Assembly: GCA_030141605.1 (NCBI GenBank)
Contig: JAQGDQ010002120.1
Location: 1 to 14,312 of the forward strand
Reading direction: 5' to 3'
DNA length: 14,312 bases
Source of the DNA: Tubiluchus corallicola
Lineage: Eukaryota; Animalia; Priapulida
In this document: in pieces, positions 1 to 10,260 of the stretch
Layout of the letters: each line of letters starts with the position of its first letter
Numbering within the stretch: position 1 is the stretch's first letter
Position numbers and translations under genes: made by a program
Notes under the pieces: generated by a model
Seen by the model: the letters and a program-made list of their open reading frames with translations, nothing else
Told to the model about the DNA's origin: nothing
The model's database searches: none

Positions 1-220
1 TTCCTTTAGCACACCACAAACAGTTTAAGTGATAACAGTAAAATAAACCCAACGTGCTGAGTGACTTGTCCTTTCTTTTAGCACACCACAAACAGTTTAA
101 GTTATAACAGTAAAATAAACCCAACATACTAAGTGACTTGTTCTTTCCTTTAGCACACCACAAACAGTTTAAGTGATAACAGTAAAATGAACCCAACATG
201 CTGAGTGACTAATTCTTTCC
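1..220. repeat. 72-bp tandem repeat, ~3 copies, truncated by window start
   Basis: TTAGCACACCACAAACAGTTTAAG recurs at 72-nt spacing (units from 1, 73, 145). The array ends next to TTAA at 222-225. Confidence 0.93.
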
Positions 221-221
221 A

Positions 222-835
222 TTAAAGCAAAACCGGATACCAATCTTAAACTGTAGGTAAAACAATCCACTCTTTTAAAATACTGAAAGGAAACATTCTA
301 TTTTTTTCAAAAATGACTTACGTGAAACAATTATTACCACACAAACACAATTTCATGTTTGCGCCACTAGTTCTTCTCTACGTGCATTTCGCCATTCGCT
401 GGTTAGACGGGCACTAGCGCCTGCATTTCGAAAACGAATTGCACGAAAAATAAGGTGCTGTACCTCTCAGTTTAGATTTGTTAGTTTGTGACGAAGTGCA
501 CGCATTCGACAGCTTATGCGTGAACACAGCGGTAAATTTGAAATTTGAATTTTTTATCTTAAAACTTGCTTAGTTTGTTAGCACAACACACTGAATCTCT
601 TACAGTAACACTGTACTTCAATTTTCACTTTCGCAAACACGTGCAACATCGAATATTTCTGCTGTTGAGAATTATGTTAGTTTGTGATGTCATCAATAAT
701 TGGGGTCGTCCGCCGTTAATTAAGTTTTTAATCTATTAGTTAATTATCAAAGCAGTATTAATCGTGTCAAAATGTGTACTTTTATCGGACTTGAAAATGA
801 GGTAGTATATGAAAAATCGTCCCCTCTTTCTTTAA
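222..835. mobile_element. Putative non-autonomous DNA transposon (Kolobok-like TTAA|AG...CT|TTAA)
   Basis: TTAA at 222-225 and 832-835, with AG...CT termini and degenerate inverted ends (ttaaagcaaaaccggat vs reverse-complement ttaaagaaagaggggac). The right end 715-835 is repeated at 9467-9597. Confidence 0.5.
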
Positions 836-936
836 ACCCTGTTTTATCTTCTTCTAGGCAGGGAGTTGAGCAGTTACGAAGTCCACCAGTTACGTCATAT
901 TTAAAAATAGCTTGTTATTTTTCTTCTTCTAGGCAG

Positions 937-1141
937 GGTCTTGAGCAGTTGTTCTCTGAAAAAGCCAGCGAATTGTTTGCTCTTTGCGATACAGAAATGA
1001 GAGGATACATTCAGAAAGGGGACATTATGAAGCTGGAAGGGGAGTTACCTCTTAGTGCAGATCAACTCGAGGACGTATTCGATGTGTTGGAAAGTGACGG
1101 GAAAGGATATTTGACACTGGAGGAATTTACTAGAGGATTCA
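937..1141 (+). CDS. CRACR2A: CRACR2/EFCAB4-family gene, first visible (internal) exon: EF-hand pair
   Basis: Encodes GLEQLFSEKASELFALCDTEMRGYIQKGDIMKLEGELPLSADQLEDVFDVLESDGKGYLTLEEFTRGF, closely resembling the recalled CRACR2A EF-hand region (CDAEGKGFI...[34 protein letters not shown]). Polypyrimidine tract then AG at 931-932 or 935-936, so the start is 933 or 937. Donor GTACGA at 1142, phase 1. The symbol denotes family, not proven orthology. Confidence 0.88.
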
Positions 1142-1274
1142 GTACGAATTTACATTCTAGAAATAATGAGATGTCCTGGCTAATATAAATTTTAATTTTC
1201 AACGTTTTGTTTGAGGATGTAAAAGTGATTTTTGAAGTTGTTGTTCAGTCACTTTTTATATGCTTAAGTTTAGA

Positions 1275-1317
1275 CATGTATGTATGTATGTATGTATGTA
1301 TGTATGTATGTATGCAT

Positions 1318-1368
<51 letters not shown>

Positions 1369-1402
1369 CGTACGTACGTATGTATGTATGTATGTATGTA
1401 TG
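1275..1402. repeat. Compound microsatellite CATG(TATG)9 CATG (CACG)13 (TACG)2 (TATG)6
   Basis: Read directly from the sequence. Confidence 0.97.
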
Positions 1403-2325
1403 TAAGTTTACTGTCTAAAACAAGTTACATGTATACACGAGGAACGAGGTAAATGCCACAATCGATACATTAGTGATTTTAGTCCAAATGTCACTTTATG
1501 TACATTTCCTACTCAAGGTAATAGCATTAAAACAGTGTTATGCATACAAGGTACATCAGCATAAAAGTTGCAAAATTTCATAACATATTATATAACAATT
1601 AGTGTGCTCAAAGAAGTGAGTTAAATCAGCAAAGTTTACATTGTCGTAGCGGTTTCTAATATTTGATGTTAGGGGGCGTGTCTGTATAATGTTTCTCAGT
1701 TTGAATGTCCCCACAACGAAAGTATGGATAGGAACCAAACACTTATAATAAATATTTGCACTGCACACAACAGAAAAGTGTTTATTGAACTACAGAAAAC
1801 ATGAGTAGCAAAACTGCTGCTCTGAACATTGAGCAAAAACTAGAAAGCAAAAACAGTCAGTAAAACCTGTTTCACAGCCAGTATACAGGTATAGAACTTG
1901 ACCTATGCAGAGTTGTACAGGCTTCACAACAATCATTAATTTTAGATAGGGAGATGACCAGTGTGTATGTATTCACTGGACCATACAATTATACTGAAGG
2001 TAAGTCACCTGGTAGAATGTAACAAGATTAGCACATAGATGGCAGCACCTAACTACATTGTACAATACCGACTTCCGTTTACAATTATTTTGTTCCAGAA
2101 ACACAACCAATTTACGTGTGTCAAATGACTTTGTTTTAATCCTATTCGTGGTACGTTTACGTACGTCACAAATTGTTTTGCAACGGTTAGCAATTCAATT
2201 CAATTCGCCTTTTATTTCAGCATTAAAAATTGACATTTAATTCACTAAAAAAGGTAAGTTACTACGCCTACACAAACACACAAAATACCAACTCTACTGA
2301 TTACATGCAAACACAACAAGTTAGC

Positions 2326-2541
2326 GAGTTACTCTCGACACTTTTCACACTGATTAGAGAAGTGAGTGTTAACTCAGGCTTACTATCGGAGAGTAACTCA
2401 CAGCAAGTTTTGCACTCTAGTCTGAACACACTTATGAGTTACTCTCGACAGTTCTCACAGCGAACACAAAAGTGAATGTGTGCTCAGGCTTACTATCGGA
2501 GAGTAACTCACAGCAAGTTTTACACTCTAGTCTGAGTTACT
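2326..2541. repeat. 110-bp tandem dimer, each unit with an 11-bp perfect inverted repeat (also at 4103-4318)
   Basis: GAGTTACTCTC at 2326 and 2436; its reverse complement GAGAGTAACTC at 2389 and 2499; partial third GAGTTACT at 2534. Confidence 0.88.
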
Positions 2542-3029
2542 TGGCGAGCTTAGTCCGCAAGAAAACTGGCTATGTAAACTCGTCCTAACAGATGCTTACA
2601 AAAAAATCAATACTACTTGGTTTTATAGCTTAAATCACCTTGCCCATTATTTCGACAGCAACGCTAGTTGCCCAACCGCTTCATATTGCCGTCAACTCAC
2701 CCACTAACCTACTCACCAACCACCTGGTAGATCGACCAATTGATTCATCGAGCACTCATCTTGTTATCCAGTCAGGCAGCTAACCGTTCATCCAGTCACC
2801 AGCTAACCAACCAAACGATGTAAATAAATTATATCATATCAAATGAGCTATTTCTTTATATTCAGCCCGCTCAGCTAACCAAACAACCAACCAATTATTC
2901 AACCAAACAAGTCGACTAAGTTTGTCATTAGCAATATATTGTAATTTCTCTCGTAACTAATTCTAGTGGCCTAGCATAAGCTAGCTTCTTAGGTCTCTAG
3001 CGCAGAATTCATGAATGCTTAAGTTTAGA

Positions 3030-3072
3030 CATGTATGTATGTATGTATGTATGTATGTATGTATGTATGCAT

Positions 3073-3131
<59 letters not shown>

Positions 3132-3141
3132 CGTACGTATG

Positions 3142-3169
<28 letters not shown>
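3030..3169. repeat. Duplicate compound microsatellite CATG(TATG)9 CATG (CACG)15 TACG (TATG)8
   Basis: Read directly; 12 bp longer than copy A. Confidence 0.97.
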
Positions 3170-3172
<3 letters not shown>

Positions 3173-4912
3173 GTTACATGTATACACGAGGAACGAGGTA
3201 AATGCCACAATCGATACATTAGTGATTTTAGTCCAAATGTCACTTTATGTACATTTCCTACTCAAGGTAATAGCATTAAAACAGTGTTATGCATACAAGG
3301 TACATCAGCATAAAAGTTGCAAAATTTCATAACATATTATATAACAATTAGTGTGCTCAAAGAAGTGAGTTAAATCAGCAAAGTTTACATTGTCGTAGCG
3401 GTTTCTAATATTTGATGTTAGGGGGCGTGTCTGTATAATGTTTCTCAGTTTGAATGTCCCCACAACGAAAGTATGGATAGGAACCAAACACTTATAATAA
3501 ATATTTGCACTGCACACAACAGAAAAGTGTTTATTGAACTACAGAAAACATGAGTAGCAAAACTGCTGCACTGAACATTGAGCAAAAACTAGAAATGCAA
3601 AAACAGTCAGTAAAACCTGTTTCACAGTCAGTATACAGGTATAGAACTTGACCTATGCAGAGTTGTACAGGCTTCACAACAATCATTAATTTTAGATAGG
3701 GAGATGACCAGTGTGTATGTATTCACTGGACCATACTGGATATACTTGTATATACATGTATACAATTATACTGAAGGTAAGTCACCTGGTAGAATGTAAC
3801 AAGATTAGCACATAGATGGCAGCACCTAACTACATTGTACAATACCGACTTCCGTTTACAATTATTTTGTTCCAGAAACACAACCAATTTACGTGTGTCA
3901 AATGACTTTGTTTTAATCCTATTCGTGATACGTTTACGTACGTCACAAATTGTTTTGCAACGGTTAGCAATTCAATTCAATTCGCCTTTTATTTCAGCAT
4001 TAAAAATTGACATTTAATTCACTAAAAAAGGTAAGCTACTACGCCTACACAAACACACAAAATACCAACTCTACTGATTACATGCAAACACAACAAGTTA
4101 GCGAGTTACTCTCGACACTTTTCACACTGATTAGAGAAGTGAGTGTTAACTCAGGCTTACTATCGGAGAGTAACTCACAGCAAGTTTTGCACTCTAGTCT
4201 GAACACACTTATGAGTTACTCTCGACAGTTCTCACAGCGAACACAAAAGTGAATGTGTGCTCAGGCTTACTATCGGAGAGTAACTCACAGCAAGTTTTAC
4301 ACTCTAGTCTGAGTTACTTGGCGAGCTTAGTCCGCAAGAAAACTGGCTATGTAAACTCGTCCTAACAGATGCTTACAAAAAAATCAATACTACTTGGTTT
4401 TATAGCTTAAATCACCTTGCCCATTATTTCGACAGCAACGCTAGTTGCCCAACCGCTTCATATTGCCGTCAACTCACCCACTAACCTACTCACCAACCAC
4501 CTGGTAGATCGACCAATTGATTCATCGAGCACTCATCTTGTTATCCAGTCAGGCAGCTAACCGTTCATCCAGTCACCAGCTAACCAACCAAACGATGTAA
4601 ATAAATTATATCATATCAAATGAGCTATTTCTTTATATTCAGCCCGCTCAGCTAACCAAACAACCAACCAATTATTCAACCAAACAAGTCGACTAAGTTT
4701 GTCATTAGCAATATATTGTAATTTCTCTCGTAACTAATTCTAGTGGCCTAGCATAAGCTAGCTTCTTAGGTCTCTAGCGCAGAATTCATGAATTGTATCA
4801 TAATTTCAAATTAACAAAAACTGATTATCCATGCACATGTAATGTATATGTATATGTTTATTGCAAAATAAATCTATTAAAAAAAGGTTTTTCCAATACT
4901 AAAAAACTCCGC

Positions 4913-4943
<31 letters not shown>

Positions 4944-5069
4944 AATCAGACAGTCAGTCGGTTGGTCGGTCGGTCGGTCGGTAGGGTGGTCGGTCGGTCG
5001 GTCGGTTTATCTGTCTGTCTTTCTGTCTGTCTGCCTGTCTGTCTGTCTGTCTGTCAGTCAGTCGGTTTA

Positions 5070-5142
<73 letters not shown>

Positions 5143-5375
5143 ATGTATGTATGTATGTATGTATGTATGTATGTATGTATGTATGTATGTATGTATGTAT
5201 GTATGTATGTATGTATGTATGTATGTATGTATGTATGTATGTATATATGTAGGTATGTATGTATGAATGTATGTATGTATGTATGTATGTATGTATGCAT
5301 GTATGTATGTATGTATGTATGTATGTCTGCCTTTCTGTCTGTCTGCCCGTCCGTCCGTTCGTATGTCCGTCTGTC
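4913..5375. repeat. Compound tetranucleotide microsatellite (GTCT)n/(GGTC)n/(GTAT)n
   Basis: Read directly; ends ~35 nt before the exon 2 acceptor. Confidence 0.97.
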
Positions 5376-5411
5376 CTTCTGCTCCACTACCCTGTCTGTA
5401 TTTTGTTTCAG

Positions 5412-5724
5412 TTGGATTTATGGACTTTGACAACGAATGGAACGAACAAGAACAAATTCGTCATTCGTCTTCAAAACTTCATCATCAAGTTTCTCTGTAC
5501 GAGCAGCAAGAATCTGAGCAAGACTCTGTCGTCTATCAACCCAGTTTCATCAGAGAAGAAACTTTAGATGATGCTGCGCATCTGGAAGCTGATGAACAGC
5601 TGCCGGTCAGTGGTGTGAAAGAATGTAGCAACAGCAGGAAGGCTGAACTGCTAGGAGATCGTCTGGACGATGACCAAGAGTTCGACTTGCTGCTCAAAGA
5701 CCTGGAAGGTTCTTTTGTAGAAGA
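5412..5724 (+). CDS. CRACR2A: CRACR2-like exon 2: acidic linker
   Basis: Acceptor ttttgtttcag ends at 5411. The phase 1 join A+TT=Ile continues GFMDFDNEW...DDDQEFDLLLKDLEGSFVE. Donor GTAAGT at 5725, phase 2. Confidence 0.85.
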
Positions 5725-5730
5725 GTAAGT

Positions 5731-6124
<394 letters not shown>

Positions 6125-6896
6125 AATTGTCTGCTGTATTTTAATTGTAAATATTGTGCTGCTTTCATGATTTTGATTAACTTTCTTTCCCTATTTTTTC
6201 CAGCTTTTTATATTTTCTTTAATCATTTCTTCTTAATTTTAAGTATCTTTTATTTTTTTATTATAATTAGATGTTAAGATTACAATAGCTTTCACTTTTG
6301 CCTAAAACACTGGGAAGATTATGGAAATAAAAGTCACTAGCAAAAAAATGTGCGTATAAATCCGCTTCTTATCAATAATGCGCGAACATCCCACATAGTG
6401 TTGGTTTATTTACCTAACGCAAGACCAGCAGCAGCTTTTACTGAAGTAAAGTTATGGACAGAGTAAAATGGAATGACATCAGAACAATAAAAATGTCACA
6501 GTAACTTTTAAGCGAGAACCGCCCAAAATGGAAACGCCAATCAACTCGTCGCAGCTCTTTTTGGTGGAGGCGACCAAAACGTAACCTACGTCATCGTGTA
6601 GTTTCATTCCTCCTCTTTCTAAGGAGCTATAAATCTCCTTCCCTGAGTCCCAATAGGCGCAACTAGAACGTTTTTTCTAGAGGGCGCTTGACCTAAATTT
6701 GGGAAAAATCGGGACTTGGGTCCGGGAAAACGCCCGTTGCGAGAAACCGCGGCCCTCCCGCGAATTCTACACACGACTATAACAGCCAACGTTAAATGGG
6801 CTACTCAAACATTACTGGCACCCCCCAGGATGCAAAAAATGAGATCTTGAATTTTATTCAGACATTTTCTAAACACGACATAATTTTTGTTTGCAG

Positions 6897-7043
6897 TCAA
6901 GATTACCTGAAGATTCTGTGGAGAGAAATGAAGGATGAACAGCCCCATCTGTTGGAGAATTTCAAAGAATTTTTAGAAAGAATTGTCAAACTGCTGCGCA
7001 AATCTAAAACGGATTTCAACTCGCTAGAATCGGCTTTCAAACA
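6897..7043 (+). CDS. CRACR2A: CRACR2-like exon 3
   Basis: Acceptor tttttgtttgcag ends at 6896. GA+T=Asp, then QDYLKILWREMKDEQPHLLENFKEFLERIVKLLRKSKTDFNSLESAFK, similar to recalled CRACR2A [23 protein letters not shown]...ELECALK. Donor GTAAGT at 7044, phase 2. Confidence 0.92.
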
Positions 7044-7107
7044 GTAAGTATTTCGTTTTTCTCCAGAGCTGCTTCAGCCAAAGAGCAGCTTTTTTCAGTT
7101 TTCCATT

Positions 7108-7302
7108 TAAAGGAAAGAACAAGTCACTCAGTATGTTGGGTTATTTTACTGCTATCACTTAAACTGTTTGTGGTGTGCTAAAGGAAAGAACGAGTCACTC
7201 AGTATGTTGGGTTATTTTACTGTTATCACTTAAACTGTTTGTGGTGTGCTAAAGGAAAGAACAATTCACTCAGTATGCTGGGTTTATTTTACTGTTATCA
7301 CT
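7108..7302. repeat. Inverted copy of the same repeat family, 71-bp unit, ~2.7 copies
   Basis: TAAAGGAAAGAAC...CTTAAACTGTTTGTGGTGTGC units start at 7108, 7179 and 7250 and are the reverse complement of the 1-220 unit. The array begins at TTAAAGG. Confidence 0.92.
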
Positions 7303-7490
7303 GGAACTTAGAAAAATGTATTATAAATTTGTTATATATTTATCTATAAAAGCCTAAAATTTTTCCCAACATTGAAATAAGCCTAACTTTCCAGGATACT
7401 TGATAATTCCTGTAAAGTTTGTGTTATCATTAATTTAAGTTTTGATACGAAACTTGAAACAGAATTTAATGTGATTGTTTTTCCTTACAG

Positions 7491-7581
7491 CAAAAGTTCA
7501 CTTTACAACGAGCAAGTAAAGAGATTGTACGAGGAAATGGAACAGCATATACATTTTGAAAGAGAAAAAATAATATCCGAG
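7491..7581 (+). CDS. CRACR2A: CRACR2-like exon 4: coiled coil with LYEEME motif (not in ORF track)
   Basis: Acceptor ttttccttacag ends at 7490. Encodes (H)KSSLYNEQVKRLYEEMEQHIHFEREKIISE; LYEEMEQ is characteristic of the CRACR2/RASEF/RAB44 group. Donor GTAGTT at 7582, phase 0. Confidence 0.92.
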
Positions 7582-7694
7582 GTAGTTAGTTTTATTTTAC
7601 TTTTTTACGAAACTTTTTTGTAGACTGCTGAATTGTTGGCAGTTCAGAGGACAAGGAAAGTGGTACCTGAAGTAAGTTTCAGAAAAATTGCCTT

Positions 7695-8047
<353 letters not shown>

Positions 8048-8207
8048 TTTATTTCACTCCAGCAATACATATACAATACATCAACATACAATATTATTGA
8101 AACAAAAAGAAACAGTATAGGTAAAAAAACGTTGATGAAGTCAAATTAACCAAATAAAAGAGTTGTTGTATGGCACCTTGAAAGCTTGGCTTGTTAAGGT
8201 GGCACAA

Positions 8208-8473
8208 ATGAGTGAATGAAAGAATGGTTAGGGTTAGTAGACATGATGGAATGGAAAAAATAGTAAGATTAGAGATAGGAAGAAGGAAGGGAGGGGAGGA
8301 TGAGTTAATGAAAGAATGGTTAGGGTTAGTAGACATGATGGAATGGAAAAAATAGTAAAATTAGGGATAGGAAGAAGGAAGGGAGGGGAGGATGAGTGAA
8401 TGAATGAATGGTTAGGGTTAGTAGACATTATGGAATGAAAAAAAATAGTAAGATTAGGGATAGGAAGAAGGAA
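8208..8473. repeat. 92-bp purine-rich minisatellite, ~2.9 copies, containing GGTTAGGGTTAG
   Basis: ATGAGT...GAATGGTTAGGGTTAGTAGACAT units start at 8208, 8300 and 8392. Confidence 0.92.
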
Positions 8474-8759
8474 AATTTAATAAAGTGCCTGGCACTATTA
8501 GTACAACAGTAAGCGACATGATATTCATTGAACCTTGTAAAGTAATGTTTAGGATTTGCAGTAATGGGATTTGCAAAGGAAGTGGGAAACAAGTTGTAAT
8601 TATTTTACTTTACAGCAATTTTATGCTTATATCGTACTCGCGTTAAAAGGAATTTCTGCTTGTTTTCATTTTAAATCTCCCGTAATGCTGTTATAATGAC
8701 GTCATATACGCACAACGTAAGTCAGGGGAAGAAAAGTAAATGTTCAATTATGTCAATAG

Positions 8760-8794
8760 CAACCACCAGCAAAACCACCACCGCCACCATCTCC

Positions 8795-8827
<33 letters not shown>

Positions 8828-8850
8828 GTAATAATTATAATAATAATAAT
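8760..8850. repeat. (CAC)n/(CAA)n/(TAA)n trinucleotide run
   Basis: Read directly; followed by CTTTATTT. Confidence 0.9.
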
Positions 8851-8937
8851 CTTTATTTAAAGTCGGACTTGGATAAACATGTATCACAAGCTGAAAAGAT
8901 TCTTTGCTGCAAAATATACCAGTGCAGTACATACATC

Positions 8938-9029
8938 GTCTACTGCAATATCACGTTGAAAACACCGTTTCTCGTCTGATCACCGAAGTTAAGCAACGTA
9001 GAGCTTGGTTAGTACCTGGATGGGTGACC
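8938..9029 (+). pseudogene. 3'-truncated 5S rRNA retropseudogene (about nt 1-92)
   Basis: GTCTAC...CACGTTGAAAACACCGTTTCTCGTCTGATCACCGAAGTTAAGCAACGT...GGTTAGTACCTGGATGGGTGACC follows invertebrate 5S rRNA, then similarity stops; the last ~28 nt are absent. Flanked by a direct repeat at 8918-8937 and 9027-9046. Confidence 0.93.
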
Positions 9030-9184
9030 AGTGCAGTACACACATCATTTTCTCACTTCACTTGCAATACCAACAAAAACCAGCTAGTACTTGACAATGC
9101 TTAGCATAAGAACTGTAAGCAATTGTCTGAATGTTGAGTATTTGAATTTGATCATTTTCCAAATATGGACGTACTTCGTTATAG

Positions 9185-9280
9185 GAAAAAGAACGAGAGA
9201 AAAAATTGAAGGAGCAAATGGAGGAAGAACTTCACTTGAAGGAACAGCAGCTACAGCAACTGGTTGCTAAGCAACAAAAG
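9185..9280 (+). CDS. CRACR2A: CRACR2-like exon 5: coiled coil (not in ORF track)
   Basis: Acceptor cttcgttatag ends at 9184. Encodes EKEREKKLKEQMEEELHLKEQQLQQLVAKQQK (cf. recalled KEQELEQLTQKQKR). 96 nt, phase 0-0, donor GTAAGT at 9281. Confidence 0.9.
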
Positions 9281-9466
9281 GTAAGTATCCACCTCATTAA
9301 AAATGCTAGTTTCCTGAATGCTACGTGGTAAGCTGCCAAGAACAAAATTAGAACTGGTTTCTAAGCAACAAATGATAATTTGCCACACGATATTAAAAAA
9401 AAATTATGTTCGTTTGTGAGGTCAACAATAGTTGTGCTCACCAGCAGTCATCAATAGTCACCAGTA

Positions 9467-9597
9467 GTTAATTAAGTTTTTAATCTATTATTTAATTATC
9501 AGAAACACTTTTGCAACATTAATTGTGTTATAATGTATAGTTTTTATCGTACTTGAAAATGGGGCAGTATATGAAAAATCATCCTGTTTTCGTTTAA
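9467..9597. repeat. Dispersed repeat homologous to 715-835
   Basis: Shares GTTAATTAAGTTTTTAATCTATTA and TTTATCGnACTTGAAAATGnGGnAGTATATGAAAAATC with 715-835 and ends at the same TTTAA. Confidence 0.85.
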
Positions 9598-9856
9598 TGA
9601 TCTTGTTTACAAATCTGCTTTCCCCAGATTGTGTTCGATTTAAGTGCTGTTTATTTTTTGTTTTTTATTTACAATTACAATTCTTTTTTAATTGATTTTG
9701 TTACCTGCAGCATCACCGTTTGTGTTTAGCTTTGTCAAATCTTTCTATATGAAAGGGCAGGTGACTAGATCATCCCTTTAATCCCTCTCTGTCCTGCTTC
9801 ATGATTTGAAGTATCTAACAATTAACTAACACTTACTGAAAACGATGATGGAGAAA

Positions 9857-10260
9857 ATGTTTCATGTTTTATGTCCTATGTGCTATGTTCTATGTTCTAC
9901 ATTCCATGTTCTATGTCCTATGTTCCATGTTCTATGTTCCAAGTTCTACCCTCTATGTTCCATGTTTTATATTCCACGTTATTTATTCTTAAATTATACG
10001 GGCAGCTGGTTCTATGTCCTATATTACATGTTCTATGTTCTGTGTTCCATGTTCTATGTCCTATATTCCATGTTGTATATTCCAAGTTCTATGTTCCATG
10101 CATGTTCTATATTCCATGTTATTTATTGTTAAATTATACTGGCAGCTGGAACGATGTTCTATGTCCTATATTCCATGTTCTATGTTCTATATTTCAAGTT
10201 TTATGTTCTCTCTTCCATGTTCTATATTCTACATTATTAATTGTTAAATTGTACTGGCAG
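9857..10260. repeat. Degenerate 7-bp repeat (CTATGTT/CCATGTT) with three copies of the exon 6 acceptor region
   Basis: TATATTC...TTAAATTRTACKGGCAG blocks end at 10005, 10145 and 10260. Confidence 0.88.

Larger units (their letters stand above)
1260..4791. repeat. Head-to-tail tandem duplication in intron 1 (copy A 1260-3014, 1755 bp; copy B 3015-4791, 1777 bp)
   Basis: Both copies begin ATGCTTAAGTTTAGACATG and end CAGAATTCATGA. The ORF track repeats at offsets 1749 and 1777. Differences are a few SNPs, microsatellite length, and 18-, 1- and 27-bp indels. Confidence 0.97.

Noticed and set aside
1-220. CRISPR array
   Set aside because: The whole 72-bp unit is repeated; there are no variable spacers.
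772-1188. 138-aa ORF as a complete single-exon gene
   Set aside because: Its ATG lies in a dispersed repeat also present at ~9.5 kb. Homology is limited to 937-1141, which is bounded by splice sites.
1207-5433. ORFs such as MYVC/HART/TYIH/CLSV/TDRQ repeats and the duplicated 60-81 aa ORFs
   Set aside because: These are translations of tetranucleotide microsatellites or short chance ORFs in a duplicated intron, with no recognisable domains.
6500-6800. Locally GC/CpG-richer patch as an internal promoter
   Set aside because: Only short motifs (CCAAT, ACGTCA) expected by chance are present. It could equally be a repeat fragment, and there is no supporting evidence.
8938-9060. Functional 5S rRNA gene
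   Set aside because: It lacks the 3' ~28 nt needed to close the terminal helices, is solitary, and is flanked by a TSD.
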